Below are positions 27,822 to 38,325 of a DNA stretch of 52,113 bases, in pieces. This DNA is from an uncultured Deinococcales bacterium. Lineage in GTDB: Bacteria > Deinococcota > Deinococci > Deinococcales > JAAFIG01. The first letter of the stretch is position 1, and the number at the start of each line of letters is the position of its first letter. The notes under the pieces are model-generated. The model made no database searches and was not told the origin of the DNA. It saw only the letters and a list, made by a program, of their open reading frames with translations. The translations under genes and the position numbers were made by a program. The stretch covers positions 1 through 52,113 of the forward strand of contig CAXTKV010000009.1 in NCBI GenBank assembly GCA_964244895.1, given 5' to 3'.

Positions 27822-29677
27822 TGGAAGTCCTATTGACATACGCAGCAATCTTCTTGCTCGCTTGGCCGCTCGGGATCTACATGTCCCGCGTGTTCCACGG
27901 CGAGCGCACCTTCCTCGACCCCGTGCTGAACCCAGTCGAACGCGGAATGTATCGGCTTTTTCGAATCGATTCCGAGCGCGGCATGGACTGGCGCGGCTAC
28001 GCCATGGCGATCCTCTGGACGAACCTGCCGATCGCCCTGGTCGGCTACCTGATCCTGGTCTTCCAGGACAAACTGCCGCTCAATCCGGACAACATGGGGC
28101 CAGTTTCGTGGGTCACGGCGCTCCACACGGCGGCATCTTTTATCACGAATACGAACCAGCAGCATTACTCGGGACAGGCGCAGTTCTCGTATTTTTCTCA
28201 GATCGTCGCGCTGGTCACGATGATGTTCGTCACGCCCGCCGTCGGCATGGCCGCGATGATCGCCGTGCTGCGCGGCATCACCGGCGGATTGCGCCCAAAG
28301 GACGTGCCCGAATATGCGCCGTTGACGTGCGCCAACCTGGGCAACTACTACGTGGACGTGACCCGGGCCATCACGCGCTTGCTGCTGCCGTTGTCGCTGG
28401 TGCTGGCGCTGATCCTGACTGCTCAGGGCGTCCCGAGCACGTTCTCTGGAGCCAAAACGGCCACGCTGCTCGAGCCGTACACGGTCACCAACCAGGATAA
28501 AACCACCACCAAGGTCACGACCCAGACGATTCCCGTCGGGCCGGTCGCGTCGCTGGTGGCGATCAAGCAAATCGGTACGAACGGCGGCGGTTGGTACGGC
28601 CCGAATAGCGCTGCGCCGCTCGAGAACCCGACGCCGCTGACAAACTTCCTGGAAGCCATTTCAATTTTGCTGATTCCCGTATCGGGCATCTTCATGATCG
28701 GGTACTTCACGCGCCGCCCGCGTTTCGGCGTGACGATCATGGGCATCATGGTCGTGCTCTCGGTCGCGCTGGCCTTCGTCTCGATCTCAACGGGTACGCA
28801 ACCGAATTCGGCCTTCGCGGGCCTGGCCGCGCCGGGGCCAAACATGGAGGGCGTGGAAACCCGAATTGGTACGGTCGCATCGACCTTGTGGGCCACGATC
28901 ACGACGCAGACCTCGAACGGTTCAGTCAACGCCATGCACGATTCGCTGAACCCGATCACGCTGTTGGTGCCATTCACCGGGATGTGGCTCAACCTGATCT
29001 TCGGCGGCGAAGGCGTGGGCTTTTTGAACTTCTTCGTTTACCTAATCGTGACCGTGTTCATTGCGGGGTTGATGGTCGGGCGCACACCGGAACTGTTCGG
29101 GCGAAAGGTCGAGGCTCGAGAAATGAAGCTCGCATCGATCGCGCTTCTATTAGGCACGGTGCTGGTGCTGGTGCCGTCCGCCATCACGCTGGCCATTCCC
29201 GCCATCACCGGCAATTCCAACCCGGCCTTCCACGGCCTGTCTCAGGTGCTCTACGAGTACTCTTCAGCCTTCGCCAACAACGGTTCCGGTCTGGCTGGGC
29301 TGGGCACGGCTGAGTCGACCTGGTGGAACGTGACCTGCGCGGTCGTACTGATTCTGGGGCGCTTCATCCCGATCATCGCACCGCTGGCCATCGCGGGATT
29401 CCTGGGAGCCAAGAAGGCCGCACCAGAGACTTCCGGCACGCTTCGGGTGGACACGGCTATTTTTGCCGGGACGACGCTCAGCGTGATCCTGATCGTCGGC
29501 GCGCTGAACTTCCTGCCCGTCGCGGTTCTGGGGCCGATCGCGGAAAGCCTGAGCGTCGGCAAACCCTTACCCGCGCCCGTGCCGCTCGGCTCGAGCCTGA
29601 ACGCGCCATATCCGACACCTGCTGTCACGACCAAACCCGCCCTGACACCTACTGAACTCGCCGTGAGGTCACGATAA
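27821..29677 (+). CDS. kdpA: K+-transporting ATPase subunit A
   Basis: Pore-loop motifs [29 protein letters not shown] and [14 protein letters not shown]. Confidence 0.97.
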   Translation: MEVLLTYAAIFLLAWPLGIYMSRVFHGERTFLDPVLNPVERGMYRLFRIDSERGMDWRGYAMAILWTNLPIALVGYLILVFQDKLPLNPDNMGPVSWVTALHTAASFITNTNQQHYSGQAQFSYFSQIVALVTMMFVTPAVGMAAMIAVLRGITGGLRPKDVPEYAPLTCANLGNYYVDVTRAITRLLLPLSLVLALILTAQGVPSTFSGAKTATLLEPYTVTNQDKTTTKVTTQTIPVGPVASLVAIKQIGTNGGGWYGPNSAAPLENPTPLTNFLEAISILLIPVSGIFMIGYFTRRPRFGVTIMGIMVVLSVALAFVSISTGTQPNSAFAGLAAPGPNMEGVETRIGTVASTLWATITTQTSNGSVNAMHDSLNPITLLVPFTGMWLNLIFGGEGVGFLNFFVYLIVTVFIAGLMVGRTPELFGRKVEAREMKLASIALLLGTVLVLVPSAITLAIPAITGNSNPAFHGLSQVLYEYSSAFANNGSGLAGLGTAESTWWNVTCAVVLILGRFIPIIAPLAIAGFLGAKKAAPETSGTLRVDTAIFAGTTLSVILIVGALNFLPVAVLGPIAESLSVGKPLPAPVPLGSSLNAPYPTPAVTTKPALTPTELAVRSR

Positions 29678-31737
29678 TGCAAGCCTCGACGCCCAATTCC
29701 AAAAGCACCAGCCGCCGCGCCGCGCCGCTGATCGCGCCAGATCAGATCGGCTCGAGCCTGGCGGAAGCCTTCCGCAAACTGAATCCCCTATACATCGCCA
29801 AGAACCCCGTGATGTTCGTGGTCGAGGTCGGCACGGTCATCACGCTGTACTTCACGGTTGCCAATGCCCTCGCGGGCAAGTCCTTCGGTTACGAACTGGC
29901 CATCACCGTCCTGCTGTTCCTGACGGTCTTGTTTGCCACCTTCGCTGAGGCCGTCGCGGAGGCGCGCGGCAAAGCGCAAGCCTCGTCCCTGCGAGCCGCG
30001 CGCGCCGACACGCCATCCAGACGCATCGTCGGCGAACGCGAGGAGACCGTCTCGAGCACGATGCTCACCAAGGACGACCGCGTGCGCGTCAGCGCTGGCG
30101 AGATCATTCCCGCCGACGGCGAGATCGTAGAGGGGCTGGCGATGGTGGATGAATCTGCCATCACGGGTGAATCCGCGCCCGTCCTGCGCGAATCCGGCGG
30201 TGACTTCTCGAGCGTCACGGGCGGCACGAAAGTCCTGTCCGACGAAATCGTCGTGCGCGTCAGTACCCTACCTGGCGAGAGCTTCCTGGATCGCATGATC
30301 GCGCTGATCGAGGGGGCGAGCCGCCAGAAAACCCCGAACGAGATCGCGCTCAGCATCCTCCTGGCCGGATTCACCCTGATTTTCCTGGTCGTGACCGCGA
30401 CCCTTTTGCCCTTCGCCGCGTTCGTCGGCACGACGGTCAGCGTCACGACGCTGGTGGCCCTGCTGGTCTGCCTGATCCCGACGACCATCGGCGGGTTGCT
30501 GCCCGCCATCGGCATCGCGGGCATGGATCGCGCATTGCGGGCAAACATCATCGCCAAGTCCGGGCGTGCCGTAGAAGTCGCGGGCGACATCGACACGCTG
30601 CTGCTGGACAAGACGGGCACGATCACGCTGGGCAACCGACAGGCAACCGCTTTCGTGCCGGTTCCCGGCGTGACCGAAGAGCGCCTGGCGCACGCCGCGC
30701 ACCTGGCATCTCTGGCGGACGGCACGCCGGAGGGCAAGAGCATCGTGGAACTGGCGCAGATCAGGGGCTCGAAGGTGGACGCCGGATTCCGCGAGAAATC
30801 CGAATTCATCGAGTTCACTGCGCAGACCCGCATGAGCGGCGTCAACGCGCCGGATGGCAAGCAGATCCGCAAGGGCGCGCCCGACCGGATGATGCGCATG
30901 GTCAAGGAGTCCTACCACCCCGTCCCACCGGAACTCGAGGCGGCGGTCGAACGCATCGCGCGCGGTGGCGGCACGCCATTGATCGTGGCAGAGGACGGCG
31001 AAGCGTTGGGCGTGGTGGCGCTTTCCGACATCGTCAAGACGGGCATCAAGGAGCGCTTCGCGCAGCTTCGCAAAATGGGTTTGAAAACCGTCATGATCAC
31101 TGGCGACAACCCACTGACTGCCAAGGCCATCGCCGACGAGGCCGGAGTGGACGACTTCCTGGCCGAAGCCACCCCCGAAGACAAAATGCGCATGATCAAG
31201 GAAGAGCAGGCCAAGGGCAAGCTGGTCGCCATGATGGGCGACGGCACGAACGACGCCCCGGCCCTCGCGCAGGCGGACGTGGGACTGGCCATGAACTCCG
31301 GCACGCAGGCCGCCAAGGAAGCGGGCAACATGGTCGATCTGGACTCCGACCCGACCAAGCTCCTGGAGGTCGTCGAGATCGGCAAGCAACTCTTGATCAC
31401 GCGCGGCGCACTGACCACCTTCAGCATCGCCAATGACGTGGCCAAATACTTCGCGATCCTGCCCGCGATGTTCGCGGGAACCATTCCGGCGCTGAACGCC
31501 CTGAACGTCATGGGGCTCGCCAGCCCGCAGAGCGCAATCCTGAGCGCGGTGATCTTCAACGCGATCATCATCCCTGCGCTCATTCCCGTGGCGCTGCGCG
31601 GCGTCAAGTACCGCCCATCGAGCGCCAACACGATCCTGGCCAACAACTTGCTGGTCTACGGCCTGGGCGGAGTGATCCTGCCGTTTATCGGTATCAAACT
31701 GATCGATCTCGTGCTGGCCGCGCTGCGGCTGACCTGA
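29677..31737 (+). CDS. kdpB: K+-transporting P-type ATPase subunit B
   Basis: [18 protein letters not shown] and [10 protein letters not shown] motifs. Confidence 0.98.
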   Translation: MQASTPNSKSTSRRAAPLIAPDQIGSSLAEAFRKLNPLYIAKNPVMFVVEVGTVITLYFTVANALAGKSFGYELAITVLLFLTVLFATFAEAVAEARGKAQASSLRAARADTPSRRIVGEREETVSSTMLTKDDRVRVSAGEIIPADGEIVEGLAMVDESAITGESAPVLRESGGDFSSVTGGTKVLSDEIVVRVSTLPGESFLDRMIALIEGASRQKTPNEIALSILLAGFTLIFLVVTATLLPFAAFVGTTVSVTTLVALLVCLIPTTIGGLLPAIGIAGMDRALRANIIAKSGRAVEVAGDIDTLLLDKTGTITLGNRQATAFVPVPGVTEERLAHAAHLASLADGTPEGKSIVELAQIRGSKVDAGFREKSEFIEFTAQTRMSGVNAPDGKQIRKGAPDRMMRMVKESYHPVPPELEAAVERIARGGGTPLIVAEDGEALGVVALSDIVKTGIKERFAQLRKMGLKTVMITGDNPLTAKAIADEAGVDDFLAEATPEDKMRMIKEEQAKGKLVAMMGDGTNDAPALAQADVGLAMNSGTQAAKEAGNMVDLDSDPTKLLEVVEIGKQLLITRGALTTFSIANDVAKYFAILPAMFAGTIPALNALNVMGLASPQSAILSAVIFNAIIIPALIPVALRGVKYRPSSANTILANNLLVYGLGGVILPFIGIKLIDLVLAALRLT

Positions 31738-31747
31738 AGGGATTCAT

Positions 31748-32371
31748 ATGATCGCCAAGACCATCGACCCAACCACCGTCACGCTCGAAAATCTGGACTC
31801 GAGCGGTGGCACCCCCCTGACCTGGATCATCTTCGGGGTTGCATCGTTTGTCCTCTGGGGGCTGCTGTACCCGGTCGTCATCACCCTGATTGGCGGGGCG
31901 CTGTTTCCCGGCCCGGCCAACGGATCGCTGATCGAGAAGAACGGTCAGGTCGTCGGCTCGAGCCTGATCGGACAGAATTTCGCATCCGCCAAGTACTTCA
32001 TTGGGCGCCCTTCGGCGGCGGGTACCGGCAACAATCCGACTTCGATGTCGGGCTCGAACTACGGTTCGTCGAACCCCGCACTGCGCGAGCGGGCCGAAGG
32101 CGATTCGAAAGCGATCGCGGCCAGAGAAGGTGTCACGCCCGATCTGATTCCGGTCGATCTGATCGCCGCGTCGGGCGCGGGCGTGGATCCGCACATCAGC
32201 CCGGCGGGTGCCGAGCTTCAGGTCAACCGCATCGCGAAAGCTCGAGGACTCGACCCGCAAAAGGTGCGCGAACTCGTGCAGGCGAACACGCAGCAACCCC
32301 TGGTCGGTGCGCTCGGCATGCCTCGGGTGAATGTGCTCGAGTTGAACCTGGCGCTCGATGCCCTGAAATAA
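31748..32371 (+). CDS. kdpC: K+-transporting ATPase subunit C
   Basis: ANGSLI, GSSLIGQ, SGSN, GVDPHIS and VNVLELNLALD motifs. Confidence 0.96.
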   Translation: MIAKTIDPTTVTLENLDSSGGTPLTWIIFGVASFVLWGLLYPVVITLIGGALFPGPANGSLIEKNGQVVGSSLIGQNFASAKYFIGRPSAAGTGNNPTSMSGSNYGSSNPALRERAEGDSKAIAAREGVTPDLIPVDLIAASGAGVDPHISPAGAELQVNRIAKARGLDPQKVRELVQANTQQPLVGALGMPRVNVLELNLALDALK

Positions 32372-32375
32372 ACCG

Positions 32376-32408
32376 AGGCGGGGTACGGATCACCGTATCC
32401 CGCCTTTC
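32376..32408 (+). terminator. Probable terminator after kdpC
   Basis: AGGCGGGGTACGG-atca-CCGTATCCCGCCT, followed by a short pyrimidine tail. Confidence 0.55.
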
Positions 32409-32420
32409 TCTAGGGGAACG

Positions 32421-33956
32421 ATGTCACTCGCGGATCGCTTGCTGGGGCGAAGGCTGGCCAACAAGGAGGAAGGCGAGCAACGCATCGGCCCGTTGATGGG
32501 CGTGCCCGTCCTGGGATTGGACGCGCTCTCGAGCGCCGCTTACGGCCCGGAGACGGCGCTGACGGTGCTGTTACCGCTCAGGGCGCTCGGGCTGAACGTC
32601 ATCGAACCGATCACGGCGCTGGTGGTGGCGATTTTGTTGATCGTTTACCTCTCGTACCGTCAGACCATCGCCGCCTACCCGAACGGCGGCGGATCGTACA
32701 CGGTCGCCAAGGAAAACCTGGGTGAACGACCCGGATTGATCGCAGCTGCGGCGCTGGTGATCGATTACATTCTGAACGTCGCGGTGGGCATCTCGGCTGG
32801 TGTCGGCGCACTGGTCTCTGCGGTTCCAGCATTGCTGCCGGGACGGCTGGTGCTGTGCCTGGTAATTCTGGTCGCGATCGCACTGGTGAACCTGCGCGGC
32901 GTCCGAGAATCCGGCGCGGCCTTCATGATGCCCACGGTGCTGTTCGTCGGATGCCTGTTCGCGGTGCTGGTGGCGGCGGTGACGGGGCGGGGCGTTTTTT
33001 ATTACCTGACGATCGCCGCCGTGCTGGCGGTACTTTCCCTGTCGGCCAACACCAGCTTCGCGGATTTTCCAAGGCTCTGTCGCGCGATCGCGCTCGATGA
33101 CTACCTGCCTCACGCCTTCTCCGCGCGTGGCCGACGCCTCGTATTCACCGCCGGAATCGTCGTGCTGTCCGTACTCGCGGGGATTCTGCTGGTCGCGTTC
33201 GGTGGCGTGACCGACCGCTTCATTCCGTTGTTCGCCATCGGTGCGTTCCTGGCCTTCACCATGTCCCAGGCGGGCATGGTGGCGCACTGGCGCAAGATCG
33301 GCGGGCGCGGCACGCGAGTACCGATGCTGGTCAATGGCCTGGGCGCGATCACGACCGGCGCGACGCTGATCGTGCTGATCGCTTCAAAATTCACCGAGGG
33401 CGCGTGGGTGACGGTGCTGATGATCCCGGCCCTGCTGCGCGTCTTCGCCGGAGCCAAACGCCACTACCGCAGCGTCACCCGCGAAACGGCTTGCACGCTG
33501 CCGCTCGACCTGACCGAGCTGCAAGCCCCGATCGTGGTCGTGCCCGTCAAGGGTTGGGACACCATCGCCCGAAAAGCCCTGCGTTTCGCCATGAAACTTT
33601 CGCCGGACGTCAAAGCGATTCACGTCAGATCCAGCGATCTGGAAAGCGATCTCGAGCGAGATTGGTTGTGGCTGGTGGCGGCACCCGCGACCAGCGCAGG
33701 TCGAGCCCCGCCCGAGCTGATCGCCGCGCCCAGTCCGTACCGGCGCTTCTTTCAGCCGTTCCTCGAGGGGATCGAACGGCTCGAGCTCGAGAACCCCGAC
33801 CGGCAGATCGCGGTGATCATCCCGGAACTGGTCGAGGCGCGCTGGTACCACTACCTGCTGCACAACCAGCGCGCCACGACCCTCAAGGCGCTGTTGCTGT
33901 TTCGAGGAAATCGTCGGATCGTCGTGGTGAACGTGCCGTGGTATCTGGCAAACTGA
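32421..33956 (+). CDS. KimA/YdaO-like APC-family K+ transporter with apparent internal in-frame deletion (possible pseudogene)
   Basis: DALSSAAYG, YPNGGGSYTVAKENLG, IDYIL, NLRGVRESG and ANTSFADFP motifs. The RAF..GC.ALTGVEA(I/V)SN helix region is absent. Confidence 0.8.
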   Translation: MSLADRLLGRRLANKEEGEQRIGPLMGVPVLGLDALSSAAYGPETALTVLLPLRALGLNVIEPITALVVAILLIVYLSYRQTIAAYPNGGGSYTVAKENLGERPGLIAAAALVIDYILNVAVGISAGVGALVSAVPALLPGRLVLCLVILVAIALVNLRGVRESGAAFMMPTVLFVGCLFAVLVAAVTGRGVFYYLTIAAVLAVLSLSANTSFADFPRLCRAIALDDYLPHAFSARGRRLVFTAGIVVLSVLAGILLVAFGGVTDRFIPLFAIGAFLAFTMSQAGMVAHWRKIGGRGTRVPMLVNGLGAITTGATLIVLIASKFTEGAWVTVLMIPALLRVFAGAKRHYRSVTRETACTLPLDLTELQAPIVVVPVKGWDTIARKALRFAMKLSPDVKAIHVRSSDLESDLERDWLWLVAAPATSAGRAPPELIAAPSPYRRFFQPFLEGIERLELENPDRQIAVIIPELVEARWYHYLLHNQRATTLKALLLFRGNRRIVVVNVPWYLAN

Positions 33957-33970
33957 GCCAATAAGCTTCG

Positions 33971-34254
33971 AGAACACCATCCAGCACGCATATTTAATTT
34001 GTGTGCTGGAGCGCGATGGCCCGTCAGGTGCTGTCGTGTGAGCAAGAGGGTGTTCTCGGTTACGCTCGAGTGACTGGTGGATCAGGAATGACCCGAGGCT
34101 CGAGGCGATACCCGATCAGGTTTTTCGCATTCGTGTCGGATCGCGACCCTTCAAGAACACGCGTTGATGTGATCCACGTCGAACCCCACGTGCTCAAAAA
34201 CGAAGAGCACCGTCCCGGACGCCGCCTAAAGAATGCATTGTGAACGGCGTTCTC
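33971..34254. repeat. Two degenerate family A repeats
   Basis: AGAACACCATCCAGCACGCA...TGTGTGCTGGA (33971-34010) and GAGCACCGTCCCGGACGC...GAACGGCGTTCTC (about 34203-34254). Confidence 0.6.
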
Positions 34255-34366
34255 GGATTGTTCATCCAAAGAGCAGCGCCTCGAGCCCTGGCTTTTGGAC
34301 AACGGCGTTCGGTAGAACCAACTACGAGTTCAGCCGAACCAAACCACCGAGTTCTGCATTGACCGC

Positions 34367-34951
34367 TCAACGGGATAAAAACCAGATGGCGACCAGCAGA
34401 AACCAGATCGTGTACGTAAAGATGAACACGCGTTCCACAAACCCGAAAATGCTCCTCAACGGTCTGAACATCGTCAAGACGATCCCCGCCAGGGCAGCCG
34501 CGACGATCCACTTGAGTGTCGGCCAGATCGGATGGAGGGACGCGAGGTGCGAATCTTGCACCAAAAAATCTGTCGCCTTGTCAATCACCAAATAGACGAG
34601 CGTGAAATTGGCGATCGCGAAGACGTAGTGCGCAATGCCGGTCGGTGTTCGCTTCGCGCCCTCCAAGTCCGTCGGCAGCGCTGCAACCCCGATGCGCGAC
34701 ACGACCATCAACACCAGGTAGAGCGCGATCGCGCTCGGGAATCTGGGTTCCGGCGACGCATAGAACAACCAAGCCAGCGAGAGCGCGCCGAGGCTTCCAA
34801 CCACGACGTAGATTCGGAAGAGCCCGGCGCTCGTCCCGACGCCGTAGTCGCTGACGGCGTTGCGCACCAGGTTGTATTCGCGATTCGTCAGGTGCAGCGC
34901 TAAAAGCAACATCAGGGTGATCGCGTACAAAATCGTGCTTGCAGCCGCCAT
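34367..34951 (-). CDS. DUF998-family membrane protein
   Basis: LH...YNLVRNAVSDYG, PTD, H and GFVER pattern with about 6 TM helices; GGAGG RBS. Confidence 0.8.
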   Translation of the reverse strand: MAAASTILYAITLMLLLALHLTNREYNLVRNAVSDYGVGTSAGLFRIYVVVGSLGALSLAWLFYASPEPRFPSAIALYLVLMVVSRIGVAALPTDLEGAKRTPTGIAHYVFAIANFTLVYLVIDKATDFLVQDSHLASLHPIWPTLKWIVAAALAGIVLTMFRPLRSIFGFVERVFIFTYTIWFLLVAIWFLSR

Positions 34952-35073
34952 AGTCAGGTCACCTCCAGGTCACGCCGTCGCGCACCACCCAAGTAAGCGC
35001 AGTCATCGCAACCTTCCTCGCCGCCCAAGACAGTTACGACCCGAGACAGATACGGATGGTGCGGCTCGTCCAA

Positions 35074-35493
35074 TCATTTTTGTTCGGGTTCGGAGATCAG
35101 CGAATCGGCGTGGCGGTGAATCAGCTTCCAGTCGCCAGCTTCCCGACGGAAGATTTCGGTCACGCGCAGGTTGAACGGCGCGGCTTGCTCACCCACGCTG
35201 GCCGTGGCGCGCTGGAAGCCGACCCAGTAGCCCAGGTCGCCGCTCGAGTCCATCTGCGCGATCTCGAAGTGGCCCTCACCCGCGCCAGGCGCGAAAATGG
35301 CGGCGTCGCGCTCGTATCTCGAGGACACCTGTTCGGCGCCCTCGACGTGACCGCCCATCGGGGCGAAAAAACTGGCGGGCGAGGTCGCTGCCGAGATGCG
35401 CACGAGCGGCCCAGCATCACCGTTGATGTAGGCCCTGGCGGCGGCTTCGCGGCGCGTCATGAACTGCTGAAAGTCGTGCTGGTCATCGGTCAT
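35074..35493 (-). CDS. SnoaL/NTF2-like (YybH/DUF4440) protein
   Basis: LRVTEIFRREAGDWKLIHRHAD motif; start ATG35493 after GGGAGG. Confidence 0.82.
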   Translation of the reverse strand: MTDDQHDFQQFMTRREAAARAYINGDAGPLVRISAATSPASFFAPMGGHVEGAEQVSSRYERDAAIFAPGAGEGHFEIAQMDSSGDLGYWVGFQRATASVGEQAAPFNLRVTEIFRREAGDWKLIHRHADSLISEPEQK

Positions 35494-35589
35494 GTTTGGC
35501 CTCCCGTTCGAGTTGATTCCTTGCATTTCCATTGTCCAGCGCAACCTGATGCTGCCCTGAGGCTGACTGGTTCGGCCTTCGAGCCTCGA

Positions 35590-35638
35590 GGGCACCGTCC
35601 TGGACGCCTGACCCTTCTCGTGTCCTGGACGGTGTTCC
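35590..35638. repeat. Family A repeat (doublet)
   Basis: GGGCACCGTCCTGGACGC...GTGTCCTGGACGGTGTTCC. Confidence 0.8.
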
Positions 35639-35709
35639 TGGCGCGCGACCACCAAAAGAAGCTCGCCTCGAGCCGGAACTCGAGGCGAGGAATTTGAATC
35701 CGGACGCGT

Positions 35710-36933
35710 TCAGCCGGAGAGCTTACCGATGATCGCGAACATCGGCAGGAACATGCCGGCCACGATCAATCCGACGATCGCGCCCAGGAACACGATCATG
35801 ATCGGCTCGAGGGCGGCGGTGAGCTGATCGACGGCTTCGTCGACCTCTCGCTCGTAATAATCCGCGACCTTGGCGAGCATCGAGTCGAGCGCGCCGGTTT
35901 CCTCGCCGATCGAGATCATGGAGGTCACCATCGGCGGGAAGATGCTGGATGCGGCCATCAGCGGCTGCGAGATCTGCTCGCCCTGCTGGACGGCGTTCTT
36001 GGCGTTGGTCAGGGCATCCTCGATGATCGCGTTGCCCGCCGCGCCCTTGGTGATCTCGAGGGTTTCGATGATGTTCACACCGCTCGCCAGCAGCAGCGAA
36101 AAGGTGCGGCTGAACGATGAGAGCGCAGATTTTTTCAAGAGGTTGCCGAAGACCGGAATCTTGAGCTTGACCGCGTCGATCACGTGCCGCCCCTGGTTGG
36201 TCTTGTAGTACTGCTGGAAGGCAAAATACGCGGCAATCGCAATCACGCCCAGCACCCAACCCATCGTCTGCAGGAAGTTCGAGACCGCGATCAGCGCGCG
36301 CGTGATGAACGGCAAATCCGCACCGAGCTGCGTCAGGATCGTGGCGAACTGCGGCACGATGGTCGTCAACAGGAAGTACGTCACGCCGAGCGCGAAGACC
36401 AGCACGATCACCGGGTAGGTCATGGCGCTTTTGATCTTGCCGCGCAGCTCGAGTTCCTTTTCCTGGAATTGCGCGATGCGGTCCAGCACCGTGTCCAGCG
36501 TGCCCGAGACTTCACCGGCGCGCACCAGGTTCAGGTACAGGCGGTTGAAGACCTTCGGGTGCTTGGCGATGGCATCAGAGAACGGCAGGCCGCCTTCGAC
36601 ATCCGTGCGAATTTCCTTGAGGATTTTCTGGAATCCGGGGTGTTCGACTTGGCGCTGCATGATGGCGAGCGACTGCACCAGCGGCAGACCGGAGTTGATC
36701 ATCGTGGCGAGCTGTCTGGAGAAAACCGCGACCATCTTCAATCCCGGCAGCGCGCTACCGAGGCCCGGAATCTTGATTTCGGCGTTCAGGCCCCTCTTGG
36801 GTTCCTCGATCGAGAGGATGAAGAAGTTCTTCTCGCGCAGCGTCTCGCGCACGATTTTCATCGATTCTGCTTCCATCGTCGAGAGGATCAGCTTGCCGCC
36901 CTGATCTCGAACCTTGTAGGTATAGGTCGCCAT
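35710..36933 (-). CDS. pilC: Type IV pilus platform protein PilC (T2SS F family)
   Basis: FSRQLATMINSGLPL, AGEVSGTLD, IKSAMTYP, IGEETGALD and LEPIMIVFLG motifs. Confidence 0.93.
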   Translation of the reverse strand: MATYTYKVRDQGGKLILSTMEAESMKIVRETLREKNFFILSIEEPKRGLNAEIKIPGLGSALPGLKMVAVFSRQLATMINSGLPLVQSLAIMQRQVEHPGFQKILKEIRTDVEGGLPFSDAIAKHPKVFNRLYLNLVRAGEVSGTLDTVLDRIAQFQEKELELRGKIKSAMTYPVIVLVFALGVTYFLLTTIVPQFATILTQLGADLPFITRALIAVSNFLQTMGWVLGVIAIAAYFAFQQYYKTNQGRHVIDAVKLKIPVFGNLLKKSALSSFSRTFSLLLASGVNIIETLEITKGAAGNAIIEDALTNAKNAVQQGEQISQPLMAASSIFPPMVTSMISIGEETGALDSMLAKVADYYEREVDEAVDQLTAALEPIMIVFLGAIVGLIVAGMFLPMFAIIGKLSG

Positions 36934-36939
36934 GAGGAT

Positions 36940-36946
36940 TAGTATA
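36940..36946. promoter_or_regulatory. Overlapping divergent -10 hexamers for leaderless pilC and scpB
   Basis: TAGTAT (+, 36940-36945) lies 7 nt before GTG36953; TATACT (-, 36941-36946) lies 7 nt before ATG36933. Confidence 0.6.
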
Positions 36947-36952
36947 GGCTCG

Positions 36953-37708
36953 GTGGATCAAGTCAAGTCCAAAAAAATCACACGGGCTGCGCGCGGCTCG
37001 TCGGGAACGACCAAAACGGTTCTTCATGAAGACTCAGACACGCTCGAGGTGACGGACTCAGACACGCTCGAGGTGACGGACTCAGACACGCTCGGGGTGA
37101 CGGACTCAGATACACCCGAGGTGATGGACTCAGCCGCGCTCGAGGCGTCCCTCGCGCAATCCAGGCCAATTTCCGCTGAAGACCCGCTGCTCGAGACGCT
37201 CTCCGGGGCATTGTTGGCGGCGGGACAACCGATTAAACCCAAAGACATATCAAACTTGCTGGGCGTGCCCACAGAGACCGCGCACAGGCTGATCGAGGTG
37301 CTGCGAAGGCGTTTCAAGGACGCCAACCTGGGTTTCGACATCGAGGCGGTCGCGGGCGGCTTTCGCCTGATCGTCGCGCAGAGCGTCGTCGCGAGGCTCG
37401 AGCCGTTGATGGCTCCGCCGGCCATGCCGGGACTCTCACCGGCCTCGCTCGAGACTTTGGCCATCGTCGCGTACCGCCAGCCGGTCACGCGCGGCGAGAT
37501 CGAACTGATGCGCGGTGCGAGCGCCGGAAGCACCCTGGAAACCCTCCAGGAGCGAGAACTGGTCAAGGTCGTGGGGCGCAGAGACGATGCGGGCCGCCCG
37601 ATGCTGTACGGCACGACGGAGCGCTTCCTGATCGAATTCGGACTGACCGGGCTGAGCGATTTGCCCGTGCTGGACGAGGAAGACTTGGGCGGGTTCCTTC
37701 GCGGGTAG
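36953..37708 (+). CDS. scpB: SMC-Scp complex subunit ScpB with N-terminal repeat extension
   Basis: VAGGFRL, LSPASLETLAIVAYRQPVTRGEIE and GRPMLYGTTERFLIEFGL motifs. Confidence 0.92.
   Translation: MDQVKSKKITRAARGSSGTTKTVLHEDSDTLEVTDSDTLEVTDSDTLGVTDSDTPEVMDSAALEASLAQSRPISAEDPLLETLSGALLAAGQPIKPKDISNLLGVPTETAHRLIEVLRRRFKDANLGFDIEAVAGGFRLIVAQSVVARLEPLMAPPAMPGLSPASLETLAIVAYRQPVTRGEIELMRGASAGSTLETLQERELVKVVGRRDDAGRPMLYGTTERFLIEFGLTGLSDLPVLDEEDLGGFLRG
37031..37146 (+). repeat. 24-bp coding tandem repeat (about 4.8 copies; DSDTLEVT)
   Basis: GACTCAGACACGCTCGAGGTGACG is exact twice, then degenerates. Confidence 0.9.
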
Positions 37709-37733
37709 CGCGGGGCGGTCAGAGGTCAGGGGA

Positions 37734-37779
37734 AACACCGTCTGGTACGCAACTCTAGGAACGCGTACCAGACGGTGTT
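37734..37779. repeat. Family A repeat variant, perfect 17-bp arms
   Basis: AACACCGTCTGGTACGC...GCGTACCAGACGGTGTT. Confidence 0.85.
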
Positions 37780-37791
37780 CTCGAGCGCGGG

Positions 37792-38289
37792 GTGGACGTG
37801 GGGAATCTCAGGCTCGGAGTGATTTCGGATACGCACGGGCTGGTCAGGCCGGAATTGATGGCGTTACTGGAGGGCGCAGACGCGATCCTGCACGCGGGCG
37901 ACGTGGGGGACGAGGAGGTCATCTGGATTCTGGAAACCATCGCGCCAGTTCACGCGGTCGGCGGCAACGTGGATGGCCGCGAGTACCCCGCGAGGCTCGA
38001 GTTGGCGTTCCTGGGCTGGAATTTCGGCATCGAACACGGCCATTTAACGAATCCCAGGGATCGGGTCGGGGCGCTCGTGGGAACGTTCCCAGAGGCAGAT
38101 TTCGTGATTTACGGCCACACGCACCAGCCCAGAATGGATCGGATCGGGCGCGCGACCGCGATCAATCCGGGTTCAGCGGGCGCGAAACGCTTCCGGCAGC
38201 CCGTCACGGCGGGGATGCTCGAGTTGACGCAAACAGATTTCCGTTTTTACCTGCGCGATCTCGAGGCGAGCCGGGAATACCGTCCTTGA
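37792..38289 (+). CDS. YfcE/MJ0936-family metallophosphoesterase
   Basis: ISDTHG, HAGD, GNVD, HGH, GHTH and NPGS motifs. Confidence 0.9.
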   Translation: MDVGNLRLGVISDTHGLVRPELMALLEGADAILHAGDVGDEEVIWILETIAPVHAVGGNVDGREYPARLELAFLGWNFGIEHGHLTNPRDRVGALVGTFPEADFVIYGHTHQPRMDRIGRATAINPGSAGAKRFRQPVTAGMLELTQTDFRFYLRDLEASREYRP

Positions 38290-38325
38290 CGGTCTTTTTT
38301 GGACGCCAAAACGCGTTCAGGACGC

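Noticed and set aside
37031..37146. 24-bp repeat as a mini-CRISPR or iteron set
   Set aside because: Head-to-tail units without spacers, in frame within scpB.
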